Source of the DNA: Chlamydiales bacterium
GTDB lineage: Bacteria > Chlamydiota > Chlamydiia > Chlamydiales > SM23-39
Direction of reading: 5' to 3'
DNA: 32,000 bases
Assembly (NCBI GenBank): GCA_965261025.1
Contig: OZ253438.1
Span: forward strand, 570,001 to 602,000
The notes under the pieces are model-generated. The model saw only the letters and a list, made by a program, of their open reading frames with translations. It searched no databases and was not told where the DNA came from. Every line of letters starts with the position of its first letter. The first letter of the stretch is position 1. Below, piece by piece: positions 17,306-24,884 of the stretch. Both the position numbers and the translations under genes were made by a program.

Positions 17306-18787
17306 TTGCTTTGTTTTTCTTACAGGGTTAGAATCCGGAGCCTAATTGTATTTCGGTTTTTTGTGGTTTCCCCTCCTAGAAGATTTTTGAATGTTTTTTT
17401 GCTTGCTATGCTGAATCTTGCCATCATGGCCAGCTTGCGAAATCTACCGGTGGTAGCAGAGTACGGCTTTTCTTGTATATTCCTCTATTTGGTAGTAGCT
17501 CTTGTCTTTCTCCTTCCTAGCGCCTTAGTTTCGGCAGAACTAGCTACAGGATGGATCCGCACTGGAGGAATTTATGTTTGGGTAAAAGAGGCTTTAGGAG
17601 CCCGTTGGGGATTTTTTGCCATTTGGATGCAATGGGTTCACAATGTCACCTGGTTTCCTGCTATTTTGACTTTCGTAGCTACTTTATTGGCCTATGTTTT
17701 CGCCCCTTCTTTAGCAAACAACAAGTGGTTTCTTTTTTCCACTGTACTTATCAGCTTTTGGGGAATGACTTTTTTGAATCTTATGGGATTAAAAGTATCC
17801 AGCTGGTTTAGCATTCTAGGAGTAATAGCAGGAACGGTTATTCCTGGTCTTTTCATCATAGGTTTAGCCCTTTCTTGGATGGGAGCAGGTTACCCTTTAC
17901 AAATTAGCTTTTCTTGGGCTCATTTCTTTCCTGATTCTTACCAAATTAAAGACTTGGCCTTCCTAGCGGGACTATTTCTTGCCTTTGGAGGACTTGAAGT
18001 CAATGCAGTACATGCGAGAGAAGTAAAAAACCCCCAAAAAGATTATCCTAGAGCTATTTTGCTTGCTGCCTTTTTGGCTTTTCTGCTCTTAAGTTTTGGC
18101 TCTATTGCTATTGCCGCTGTAATTGCCAAGGAAAAGATTAGCTTGATAGCAGGACTTATTCAAACGTTTCAAGTTATGCTACAGCCTTTGGGAATTTCTT
18201 TTTTTCTTCCTTTGCTTTCTCTAATGATTATTACGGGCTCTATAGCAGAGGTAAATGCTTGGATTATAGGCCCTGTGCGAGGCCTTTATGCCACAGCAAA
18301 GCATGGAGATCTCCCCGTCTTCTTTCAGAAAAAAAACCGGAAAGAAATCCCTGCAAACCTTCTCTATTTTCAAGGTGTCATTGTTTCTTTATCTTCTTTG
18401 GTAATTCTTTTCATGCCTTCTTCTAGTAGTGCTTTTTGGATTTTAAGCGCTCTTTCGGTTCTTTTATATCTTTCCATGTATATTTTGATGTTTATTTCTG
18501 CCATTAGACTTCGTTATTCTCATCCTCATGTAGATCGCCCTTACAGAATCCCTTATAAACATAAGGGGATGTGGTTTGTCTGTAGTGTAGGTATTTTAAG
18601 CTGCTCCTGTGCCTTTTTCTTAGGATTCGTTCCCCCTAGTCAGTTACAAGTAGGAAGTCTTTGGTTTTACGAGAGCTTTCTACTTTTGGGAGTTCTCTCC
18701 ATGTGGGCCATCCCTTTGGTTATTTACTCTTTGAAAAAAGATTTTTGGAAAAATCACTATGAAGAAAGGAAAGGAAAGAGTTTATGA
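17306..18787 (+). CDS. APC-superfamily amino-acid antiporter (GadC-like)
   Basis: 493 aa, ~12 TM. SAELATGW...GGIYVWVKEALGARWGFFAIWMQWV parallels the GadC/APC N-terminal signature. The true start is uncertain (TTG 17306 or GTG 17363). Confidence 0.85.
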   Translation: MLCFSYRVRIRSLIVFRFFVVSPPRRFLNVFLLAMLNLAIMASLRNLPVVAEYGFSCIFLYLVVALVFLLPSALVSAELATGWIRTGGIYVWVKEALGARWGFFAIWMQWVHNVTWFPAILTFVATLLAYVFAPSLANNKWFLFSTVLISFWGMTFLNLMGLKVSSWFSILGVIAGTVIPGLFIIGLALSWMGAGYPLQISFSWAHFFPDSYQIKDLAFLAGLFLAFGGLEVNAVHAREVKNPQKDYPRAILLAAFLAFLLLSFGSIAIAAVIAKEKISLIAGLIQTFQVMLQPLGISFFLPLLSLMIITGSIAEVNAWIIGPVRGLYATAKHGDLPVFFQKKNRKEIPANLLYFQGVIVSLSSLVILFMPSSSSAFWILSALSVLLYLSMYILMFISAIRLRYSHPHVDRPYRIPYKHKGMWFVCSVGILSCSCAFFLGFVPPSQLQVGSLWFYESFLLLGVLSMWAIPLVIYSLKKDFWKNHYEERKGKSL

Positions 18788-19353
18788 ACAGAGAGCCTAC
18801 TTATCCTATAGATCCCCTTTTTTTACATCGTAGATCTCTTAGGGCTATGACAGGAGAAACAATCAAGAAAGAGCTCCTTTTTTCTTTATTTGAAGCAGCA
18901 AGATGGGCTCCTTCTAGTTATAACAGTCAACCTTGGCGTTTTCTGTATGCTATGAGAGAAACAGAAGCTTTTTCCCTTTTCTTCTCTTTTTTAGTAGAAT
19001 TTAATCAAGGGTGGTGTAAAAACGCCTCTTCCCTGGTACTTGTTCTATCTCATAAGGTTCTTGCCAAGGGAAAACCTTCTATAACACATAGCTTTGATAC
19101 AGGTGCTGCAGTAGAAAATCTTTCTCTTCAAGGAATGCTACACAATTTGGTAGTTCACTCTATGCAAGGGTTCAATTATGAAAGAGCACAAAAAGAGTTA
19201 AAAATTCCTTCAGAGTACCAAGTAGAGGCTATGATAGCCGTTGGCATTCCTGCCGACAAAGAGGTTTTATCTAAAGAGCTACAAGAAAAAGAAGTCCCTT
19301 CTCAGAGAAAACCCCTAGAGCAGATCCTTTGTGAAGGAACTTTTTCTTTCTAG
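18784..19353 (+). CDS. Nitroreductase-family protein
   Basis: 189 aa. RRSLRAM...LFEAARWAPSSYNSQPWRFLY is the nitroreductase N-terminal signature. Its ATG overlaps the antiporter stop (ATGA 18784-18787). Confidence 0.85.
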   Translation: MNREPTYPIDPLFLHRRSLRAMTGETIKKELLFSLFEAARWAPSSYNSQPWRFLYAMRETEAFSLFFSFLVEFNQGWCKNASSLVLVLSHKVLAKGKPSITHSFDTGAAVENLSLQGMLHNLVVHSMQGFNYERAQKELKIPSEYQVEAMIAVGIPADKEVLSKELQEKEVPSQRKPLEQILCEGTFSF

Positions 19354-19396
19354 GCAAAAAGAAAAGATCGAGCAAGCCTAAAAAGCACTGCTCGAT
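19354..19396 (-). terminator. Rho-independent terminator of the histone-like gene (possibly bidirectional)
   Basis: 9-bp stem GATCGAGCA (19365-19373) / TGCTCGATC (19388-19396) with a 14-nt loop. On the minus strand it is followed by TTTTCTTTTT. Confidence 0.7.
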
Positions 19397-19420
19397 CCGA
19401 GTATAGTTACACTAATTTAC

Positions 19421-19675
19421 TTAAGCGCTAAGGAAAGGCAAAGCTGCTTTTTTAGCCTTTCTTCTTTTACGTCTTTTAGCAGGAGCTTTAGCCGCTTTTT
19501 TTCTTCGGCTAGAAGTTTTTCTAGAAGCTTTTTTTCTTCTAGAGGTCTTTCTTTTTCGGCTACCTACTTTTTTTCTCCGGCTAGTAGCCTTTCTACGAGA
19601 AGTTTTTCTTCGACGAGTAGAAGCTTTTCTAGCTCTCTTACGACTTTTAGTCGCTTTTTTTCTTCGTTTTACCAT
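19421..19675 (-). CDS. K/R/S/T-rich histone H1-like / protamine-like nucleoid protein (Hc2-like)
   Basis: 84 aa, of which I count 46 as K or R. Four (T/S)SRRK(K) repeats. Strong RBS AAGGAGG at 19681-19687 (minus strand). Short hydrophobic tail ALPFLSA. Confidence 0.8.
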   Translation of the reverse strand: MVKRRKKATKSRKRARKASTRRRKTSRRKATSRRKKVGSRKRKTSRRKKASRKTSSRRKKAAKAPAKRRKRRKAKKAALPFLSA

Positions 19676-19692
19676 AATTTCCTCCTTATTTA

Positions 19693-19708
19693 CTCTCTTT
19701 ACAGAGAG
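19693..19708 (-). promoter_or_regulatory. Small hairpin in the 5' leader of the histone-like gene
   Basis: CTCTCT-ttac-AGAGAG: a 6-bp stem with a 4-nt loop, 5 nt upstream of the RBS. Confidence 0.35.
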
Positions 19709-19739
19709 CGGGTCTTTTGGGTGTCTGGAGGCAATAACC

Positions 19740-20213
19740 CCCTAACACTGATTAACCTTACAATTTTTAATATATAAATTTTAAAATTAAAAAAAAACTA
19801 ATTTATAAAAATATCTTGATTTTTTATTTTAATTTATTTCAAAAAAACTAGTTCAGAACTATATATAGAGGCTTTTTTTGTTTTTCAAAAAAAGTTTTAT
19901 TTTTTTGTTAAAAAACTGAAATTCAACAAAGAAAATAGATTTTAATCTCAAAAAATTAGAAATCAAAAAACCAAAAAATCCATTAATTTAACAAAAACAT
20001 ATAAAAATAAAACGCTATATATTTAAAAAACTAATTAGAACTCCCTATTTATAAAGAAAAACTCCCCCTATTCTGTCATAAAAGGTTTTTTAAGTTAAAA
20101 AGAAAGGTTTTTCTAACTAATTTATTATTAAATAGATAGATAATTTTCTTTGAAACTTTGGAGCTTAACTCTCTGTTTTTTAGGTAGAAAAAGCTTGATC
20201 ATAAAATTTATTT
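19740..20213. promoter_or_regulatory. Extremely AT-rich intergenic island with repeated motifs
   Basis: My hand count gives 10, 17 and 17 G+C per 100 nt for 19761-20060. There are many A/T tracts. ACTA(A/G)TT occurs 4 times, with the C at 19798, 19858, 20031 and 20117. Confidence 0.5.
19859..19871. repeat. 13-bp palindrome TAGTTC-A-GAACTA
   Basis: Arms are perfect when read directly. A degenerate second copy, CTAATT-AGAACT, lies at 20031-20042. Confidence 0.85.
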
Positions 20214-20263
20214 TTGACACATACAGGAGTTGTAAGATTTATCTTATTTATATGAGGAATACC

Positions 20264-20467
20264 ATGAAAAATCTCGATTTTTTTGTTATGCTACTATTAA
20301 TCCTTGGAGGACTTAACTGGGGTCTTTGGGGGGTTTTCGATTTTAATCTCGTAGACTATGTATTTGGACGAGTTTGGATCGACAGAGTTCTTTATTTCTT
20401 AATAGGGGCTTCTGCTATTTACGCTCTTTTCTCTTGGAAAAGCTTGCGTTCTAAAGCAAAAAGATAA
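20264..20467 (+). CDS. DUF378-family small membrane protein
   Basis: I moved the start to ATG 20264 (GAGGA RBS at 20254-20258). MKNLDFFVMLLLILGGLNWGLWGVFDFNLV matches the DUF378 GGLNWGL pattern. Confidence 0.7.
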   Translation: MKNLDFFVMLLLILGGLNWGLWGVFDFNLVDYVFGRVWIDRVLYFLIGASAIYALFSWKSLRSKAKR

Positions 20468-20494
20468 CCTTCAAAAATAAGTAGCTTTTTTCTC

Positions 20495-20537
20495 GGGGAG
20501 CCCTTTGAAGTAAATTCAAAAGACTCCCCCTTTTTTT
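20495..20537 (+). terminator. Rho-independent terminator
   Basis: Outer stem GGGGAG (20495-20500) / CTCCCC (20524-20529). Inner stem TTTGAA / TTCAAA. Followed by c-TTTTTTT. Confidence 0.7.
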
Positions 20538-20634
20538 CCTCTTAATTACCTAATTACTTAGATCTTTAGGCAGGAATTTATTTCTCAGAGTTGATACCCT
20601 TGTAACTTCTTTAAGCCTTAACAAGGAGTTTATC

Positions 20635-20916
20635 ATGGATATGGCCCAACCCGTTTTGTACTACAAACCAAACTGTCCTTACTGTGAAAAAGTGTTTCAC
20701 CAGATGAGACTTTCAGGAGTCTCTATGAAAACGGTAGATATTTCTCAGGACGAGGAGAGTAAAATTTTTCTACAAGAAAAGGGGGGTAAAATACAGGTTC
20801 CTTGTCTTTTGACAAAAGAAGGCACTTCAGGGGAAAAGCTCCTTTATGAATCCTCTCTGATTGTGGAGTGGGTTATCAAAAACCAAGAGGATCTTTTAGC
20901 TTTTCAAGACTCCTGA
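20635..20916 (+). CDS. Glutaredoxin-like protein
   Basis: 93 aa. CPYC active site (YYKPNCPYCEKV) and a downstream VPCL motif typical of the thioredoxin fold. Confidence 0.85.
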   Translation: MDMAQPVLYYKPNCPYCEKVFHQMRLSGVSMKTVDISQDEESKIFLQEKGGKIQVPCLLTKEGTSGEKLLYESSLIVEWVIKNQEDLLAFQDS

Positions 20917-21734
20917 TTTTTTTCTTCAATAGAGAGTTTTTTTAGATCCTGGAAAGAGAAGATTCTCTCCTCCTTTTTTTTAGTAGAGGGAGGATCTTCT
21001 CTCTTACCCTGAAAGACTCCATGTTTGGAGATGAGTATCTTCACTTTTCCGAGTTCATCTACCACTAACATACTGGAAGGTTTTCCTCCGTGGATCAAGA
21101 TCCCCTCCTGTTCTTTCTGCCCTGAAACTAGCAGATGGGGAATCTCTTTAATCATTCCTAAAGCTGCCATGGGATCTCCCTGACGAGAGAAAAAAGAGAT
21201 ACTAGGATGATCCCCTCCTCGTAAGACAGTAGAGGCTTTTCCCCCATGCATACCAAGACCAATAGCAGAACCTCCATCCGATAAAAGACCCCAAGAACCT
21301 ACTGTTTCTTGTTTCTCATTTTTAAAAAAAACCCCTGGTGTTTCTCCTCCTTGTAAGAGCAGGGAAGGAAGCATGGATTTATTCGCTAAAAAAATTCCAG
21401 CTCCTTCGGTAGAAGAAAAAAGCTTTACAGCTGGCTTTTTTTCCTGATAAAAGGTGACCTGGGGTTGCTCTCCGGATTGCACAGCGACTTGCACCTCGCC
21501 TTTATGGAAGAGTAAAACCTCTCCTTTGCCTTCTTGTAAAGAAAGGGTAATCTCACTTTCTTTTTTTCCTTCTCTCATCTGAAAAAAAGGAGCTCCCTTT
21601 GCAAAACCCAAAATAATTTCTCCTGTCCCACTGGGATCTTTTAAGACAAGCCTTTGCAGTTCTAAAGCACTTTCTTTTTTTTGTATAAAACCGGTAAAAA
21701 GTAGCAGCACTCCGAGAAAAGCAAGAAGCTTCAT
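20904..21734 (-). CDS. Secreted/periplasmic protein built from ~20-aa beta-hairpin-like repeats
   Basis: Signal-like MKLLAFLGVLLLFTGF. Recurrent h-x-h-x-h-x-x-G-G-x-x-P-x-h-x-F units, for example SLLLQGGETPGVFF, TVLRGGDHPSISFF and ILIHGGKPSSMLVV. Confidence 0.65.
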   Translation of the reverse strand: MKLLAFLGVLLLFTGFIQKKESALELQRLVLKDPSGTGEIILGFAKGAPFFQMREGKKESEITLSLQEGKGEVLLFHKGEVQVAVQSGEQPQVTFYQEKKPAVKLFSSTEGAGIFLANKSMLPSLLLQGGETPGVFFKNEKQETVGSWGLLSDGGSAIGLGMHGGKASTVLRGGDHPSISFFSRQGDPMAALGMIKEIPHLLVSGQKEQEGILIHGGKPSSMLVVDELGKVKILISKHGVFQGKREDPPSTKKKEERIFSFQDLKKLSIEEKNQES

Positions 21735-21776
21735 AACACCCTCTCTTTTCTTCCTTTTTCTAGAAAAGCCGCTTGC

Positions 21777-21806
21777 TTGTCAAGAATATTTAAGAAATGA
21801 TAGCAT
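21777..21806 (+). promoter_or_regulatory. Candidate promoter for the 448-aa gene / smpB
   Basis: TTGTCA (21777-21782) - 18 nt - TAGCAT (21801-21806). Confidence 0.3.
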
Positions 21807-21853
21807 CCCGGGTTCAGTCCATAAAAACCTAAGCAATAGGAAAGGGTTGAGAA

Positions 21854-23200
21854 GTGGATACAGCTTTTCTTAAAAGAAATAAAGTCCAACTTAAAGACTA
21901 TGACTCAGAAAAAGATATAGCGTTTCGACTAAGTCTTTCTAATCTTTCTTTCCTACAGGTAGAAATCTTAGAAGAGATTTTATTCAATCCTTCGACTATT
22001 CCCTTGGTAAATCTCAGCAGAAACCTAGAAATCCCCCTTCCCCAATTAAGAGAGTGTATGGACTGTCTAGAGCCCTTGGGTTGTGGTATAGAGGACGATT
22101 TACTTTGCGTGGGTAAAGAAACGAAAAGATACTTAGAGATTGAAATGGAGAGATTTAAAGAAACTTTTGCCCCTGATCTTTCTTTTTTTCAGTCTCTTTT
22201 GAAAAAAGTTCCTATTCACGTGCTCCCTAATTGGTATTCTATTCCAAGAACCTCAGATCATATCGCTTTTTCCATCATAGAAAAACACCTAAACTATCCT
22301 AATCTCTATGAAAGACATCTCCTAGAGATAAAAAACTATCCTCTTATAGAGAGAGTCCTTTCCTTACTTTTTTCTAAAACCTGTAAAAAAATAGACATAG
22401 CAGAATTGGAAATCTTTTTGAAAATCAGCCAAGAAGAGCTAGAGGCTCTTTTGATTCAATTAGAGTTTTATTTCGCTGCTTTTGTCTGCTACGAAAAAGA
22501 AAATAGCCATTTCAAAAGGGTTTTACGCCCTTTAAAGGAATGGGAAAACTATCTGACTTTCCTCCAACAAAAAAAGCAATCTTCCTTAGCGATTATGTTT
22601 CCTTTGCCTCTGCCTTCTTTTTTACAGGATTTGAAAAAAACCCTTTGCTTTTTCAAGGAAAACTCTCCATCTAAAGAAGCTTTTTTTAAAAAGAACCCTC
22701 TCTCTTTAAAAAACCCATTTTACCTCAAAAATGCTTATCTAAGCAAAATCGTAAAAAAAGCAGAAGAGGGCTTCCTTGTGCAAGAAACAAAAGGTTTAAC
22801 CTTAACGCAGCTTGGAAGAGCTTGGCTTAGTTGCTCAGAAAAAGACCAAGCCCTTTTTCTCTACCGGAAGACTGTCTCAGAAAATAGCTTCTTTTCTGAA
22901 AAGTGTATGAAAGAACTTGAGAAAATCTTACAAGGCTTTCCTAGACAAAGCTGGATTTGCTTAGAAACTGTTTGGGAAACCGGGCTTATTTGTCTCGGAG
23001 AGGAGACAAAGATAAGGCTAAAAAGAATAGGGAAAAATTGGAATTACCAATTCCCTCAGTATACCGAGGAAGAAAAAGAGTATTTAAAAAAACTTTTCAT
23101 AGAGTGTTTTTTTGAAGCAGGTCTTATACTTCTGGGATCCTGCCAGGAAAGGCTTTTTTTTCGTCTAACCTCCTTGGGAGAGATGTTTGTTATGGAATAG
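21854..23200 (+). CDS. Hypothetical protein (448 aa), helical, no recognised motif
   Basis: Long ORF with a GTG start, co-directional with smpB and ending 3 nt before it. Confidence 0.6.
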   Translation: MDTAFLKRNKVQLKDYDSEKDIAFRLSLSNLSFLQVEILEEILFNPSTIPLVNLSRNLEIPLPQLRECMDCLEPLGCGIEDDLLCVGKETKRYLEIEMERFKETFAPDLSFFQSLLKKVPIHVLPNWYSIPRTSDHIAFSIIEKHLNYPNLYERHLLEIKNYPLIERVLSLLFSKTCKKIDIAELEIFLKISQEELEALLIQLEFYFAAFVCYEKENSHFKRVLRPLKEWENYLTFLQQKKQSSLAIMFPLPLPSFLQDLKKTLCFFKENSPSKEAFFKKNPLSLKNPFYLKNAYLSKIVKKAEEGFLVQETKGLTLTQLGRAWLSCSEKDQALFLYRKTVSENSFFSEKCMKELEKILQGFPRQSWICLETVWETGLICLGEETKIRLKRIGKNWNYQFPQYTEEEKEYLKKLFIECFFEAGLILLGSCQERLFFRLTSLGEMFVME

Positions 23201-23203
23201 GTT

Positions 23204-23659
23204 ATGGAAGAGAAGAAACCTCTTGTAAAAAACCGAAAGGCATTTCATGAGTATGAAATTTTCAGTACCTATGAGGCGGGAATTGTCTTAGTGGGATCTG
23301 AGGTAAAGTCTCTACGCTCTCAGGGAGCCTCCTTACAAGATGCTTATATCTTCATCGAAGAACAGGAGCTTTGGCTAATTAATGCCTCCATAGCCCCTTA
23401 CCCTAATTCTTCTTATTTTCAACATAAAGAAAGGAGAAAAAGAAAGCTCTTAATGCATAGAAAAGAAATTACAAAGCTAAAAAAACAGGCTATCCAAAAG
23501 GGGATAACCCTCATTCCTCTGTCCTTGTATTGGAAAAAAGGAAAAATCAAGGTTTTACTCGCCTGCGCAAAGGGGAAAAAACTCTATGATAAGAGAGCTT
23601 CTCTTCGAGAAAAAGAACAGAAAAAACAGATGGAAAGAGCCTCGAAAAAAAACCTATAA
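23204..23659 (+). CDS. smpB: SsrA-binding protein SmpB
   Basis: NRKAFHEYEI...GIVLVGSEVKSLR...ASLQDAYI...KRKLLMHRKEI plus a basic C-terminal tail. Confidence 0.92.
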   Translation: MEEKKPLVKNRKAFHEYEIFSTYEAGIVLVGSEVKSLRSQGASLQDAYIFIEEQELWLINASIAPYPNSSYFQHKERRKRKLLMHRKEITKLKKQAIQKGITLIPLSLYWKKGKIKVLLACAKGKKLYDKRASLREKEQKKQMERASKKNL

Positions 23660-23683
23660 AAAATGCCTTTGTCCTTGACAGAG

Positions 23684-23713
23684 CCTCTTTGATTCCCTTA
23701 TTTTTTTGGAAAT
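23684..23713 (+). promoter_or_regulatory. Candidate promoter for dnaN
   Basis: TTGACA (23684-23689) - 18 nt - TATTTT (23708-23713), about 23 nt before ATG 23736. Confidence 0.4.
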
Positions 23714-23735
23714 CGAAACAGATTGGGGAAGGAAT

Positions 23736-24884
23736 ATGAATATAGTCATCTCAAAGTCAGAGCTTGTACAGCTCATAGGAAAACTGCAGTCAATTGTTCC
23801 TGCAAGGCCCTCTGTTGCCGTTTTAGCAAATGTCCTGCTAGAAGCAAAAGATGATCAGCTTATTTTAAGCGCTTCAGACCTTAGCGTGAGTATGCGAATC
23901 TATGCAGGTGAGGCAAAAATCATCGAAGAAGGATCTATAGCTTTGCCTGCAAGACGTTTTTTTCAACTCTCTAGGGAGATTTTATCTCCTCAGATCAAGA
24001 TCACTGCCCAAGAAGGTGAAGTGGCAGAGATCAAAGCAGGCACTTCCCACTTTAAAATCCATGGAATGGACAGTAAAGGATTTCCTAATTTACCAGAGAT
24101 TGTAAATTCCGTTTGTTTTTCTCTTGCGAGTAAAAAACTAAAAGAAATGCTAGTGAAAACCTCTTTTTGTGCTATGAAAGAAGATACTCGCTATATTCTA
24201 GGAGGGGTATTAGTAAAGATCTTAAATAAGGAAGCTACTTTTATTGCCACGGACGGAAAAAGACTCTCCCGCCTTAGCACTCAGATTGAGGTAGATCCCT
24301 CCTTTCAAGGAAGCTATGTTCTGCCTATGAAAGCTGTAGAAGAGATTATTAAGATCTTAAATGACACAGAAGAGCTCGCTTCTTTTAGTTTTTTACCAGA
24401 AAATAAGGCCTCTTTGGAATTTGGGAATACCACCTTGATTTGTAAACTCCTTTTGGGACAGTATCCAGATATAGAAAAGGTAATTCCTAGAGATTCTTCG
24501 CATGCCTTTCCTTTGCACAGGGAAGAGCTTATGACCCTTTTAAAACAAGTTTCTCTCTTTACTTCAGAAAATAGTACTTCTGTACGTTTCCTCTTTGAAA
24601 AAGGAGAGCTTACTTTAGCCGTTGCCTCTAAAGATATTGGGGAAGGAAAAACCAGTATGCCTGTCAACTATTCAGGAAAAAAACTAGAAATAGCCTTTAA
24701 TCCTTTCTATTTTCTGGATATTTTGAGGCACTCTCAAGACGAAACAGTACAGTTCCAAGCAAGTAATTCTTATAATCCTGGGATTATTACTGATTCCTCT
24801 TCCTCCTTATATGTAATTATGCCTATGCGATTAACAGAACCTTCTGAAATAACTGATGCATTTGAAAAGCCTGCTTTTGCGTAA
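23736..24884 (+). CDS. dnaN: DNA polymerase III beta sliding clamp
   Basis: MNIVISKSELVQLIGKLQSIV...TDGKRLS...LLLGQYPDIEKVIP...IMPMRL. Start moved to ATG 23736. Confidence 0.92.
   Translation: MNIVISKSELVQLIGKLQSIVPARPSVAVLANVLLEAKDDQLILSASDLSVSMRIYAGEAKIIEEGSIALPARRFFQLSREILSPQIKITAQEGEVAEIKAGTSHFKIHGMDSKGFPNLPEIVNSVCFSLASKKLKEMLVKTSFCAMKEDTRYILGGVLVKILNKEATFIATDGKRLSRLSTQIEVDPSFQGSYVLPMKAVEEIIKILNDTEELASFSFLPENKASLEFGNTTLICKLLLGQYPDIEKVIPRDSSHAFPLHREELMTLLKQVSLFTSENSTSVRFLFEKGELTLAVASKDIGEGKTSMPVNYSGKKLEIAFNPFYFLDILRHSQDETVQFQASNSYNPGIITDSSSSLYVIMPMRLTEPSEITDAFEKPAFA

Noticed and set aside
20150-20263. N-terminal extension of the DUF378 ORF (MKLWSLTLCFLGRKS...)
   Set aside because: The extension runs through the AT-rich spacer with no RBS. 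ATG 20264 has a GAGGA RBS and yields the typical ~67-aa DUF378 protein.
19676-20263. AT-rich island as the chromosomal replication origin (dnaN lies 3.5 kb away)
   Set aside because: I found no match to the DnaA-box consensus TTATCCACA or its complement in the region, and dnaA is not adjacent. AT-richness alone is insufficient. I kept it only as a regulatory/sRNA candidate.
24314-24667. 117-aa minus-strand ORF inside dnaN. The same reasoning covers the shadow ORFs at 1021-1215, 1905-2150, 9304-9564, 10024-10329, 11588-11842, 17551-17811, 24973-25173, 26788-27018 and 28456-28728.
   Set aside because: All lie antisense to, or out of frame within, strongly supported genes, and they show the Ser/Phe/Lys-rich composition expected of AT-rich shadow frames.
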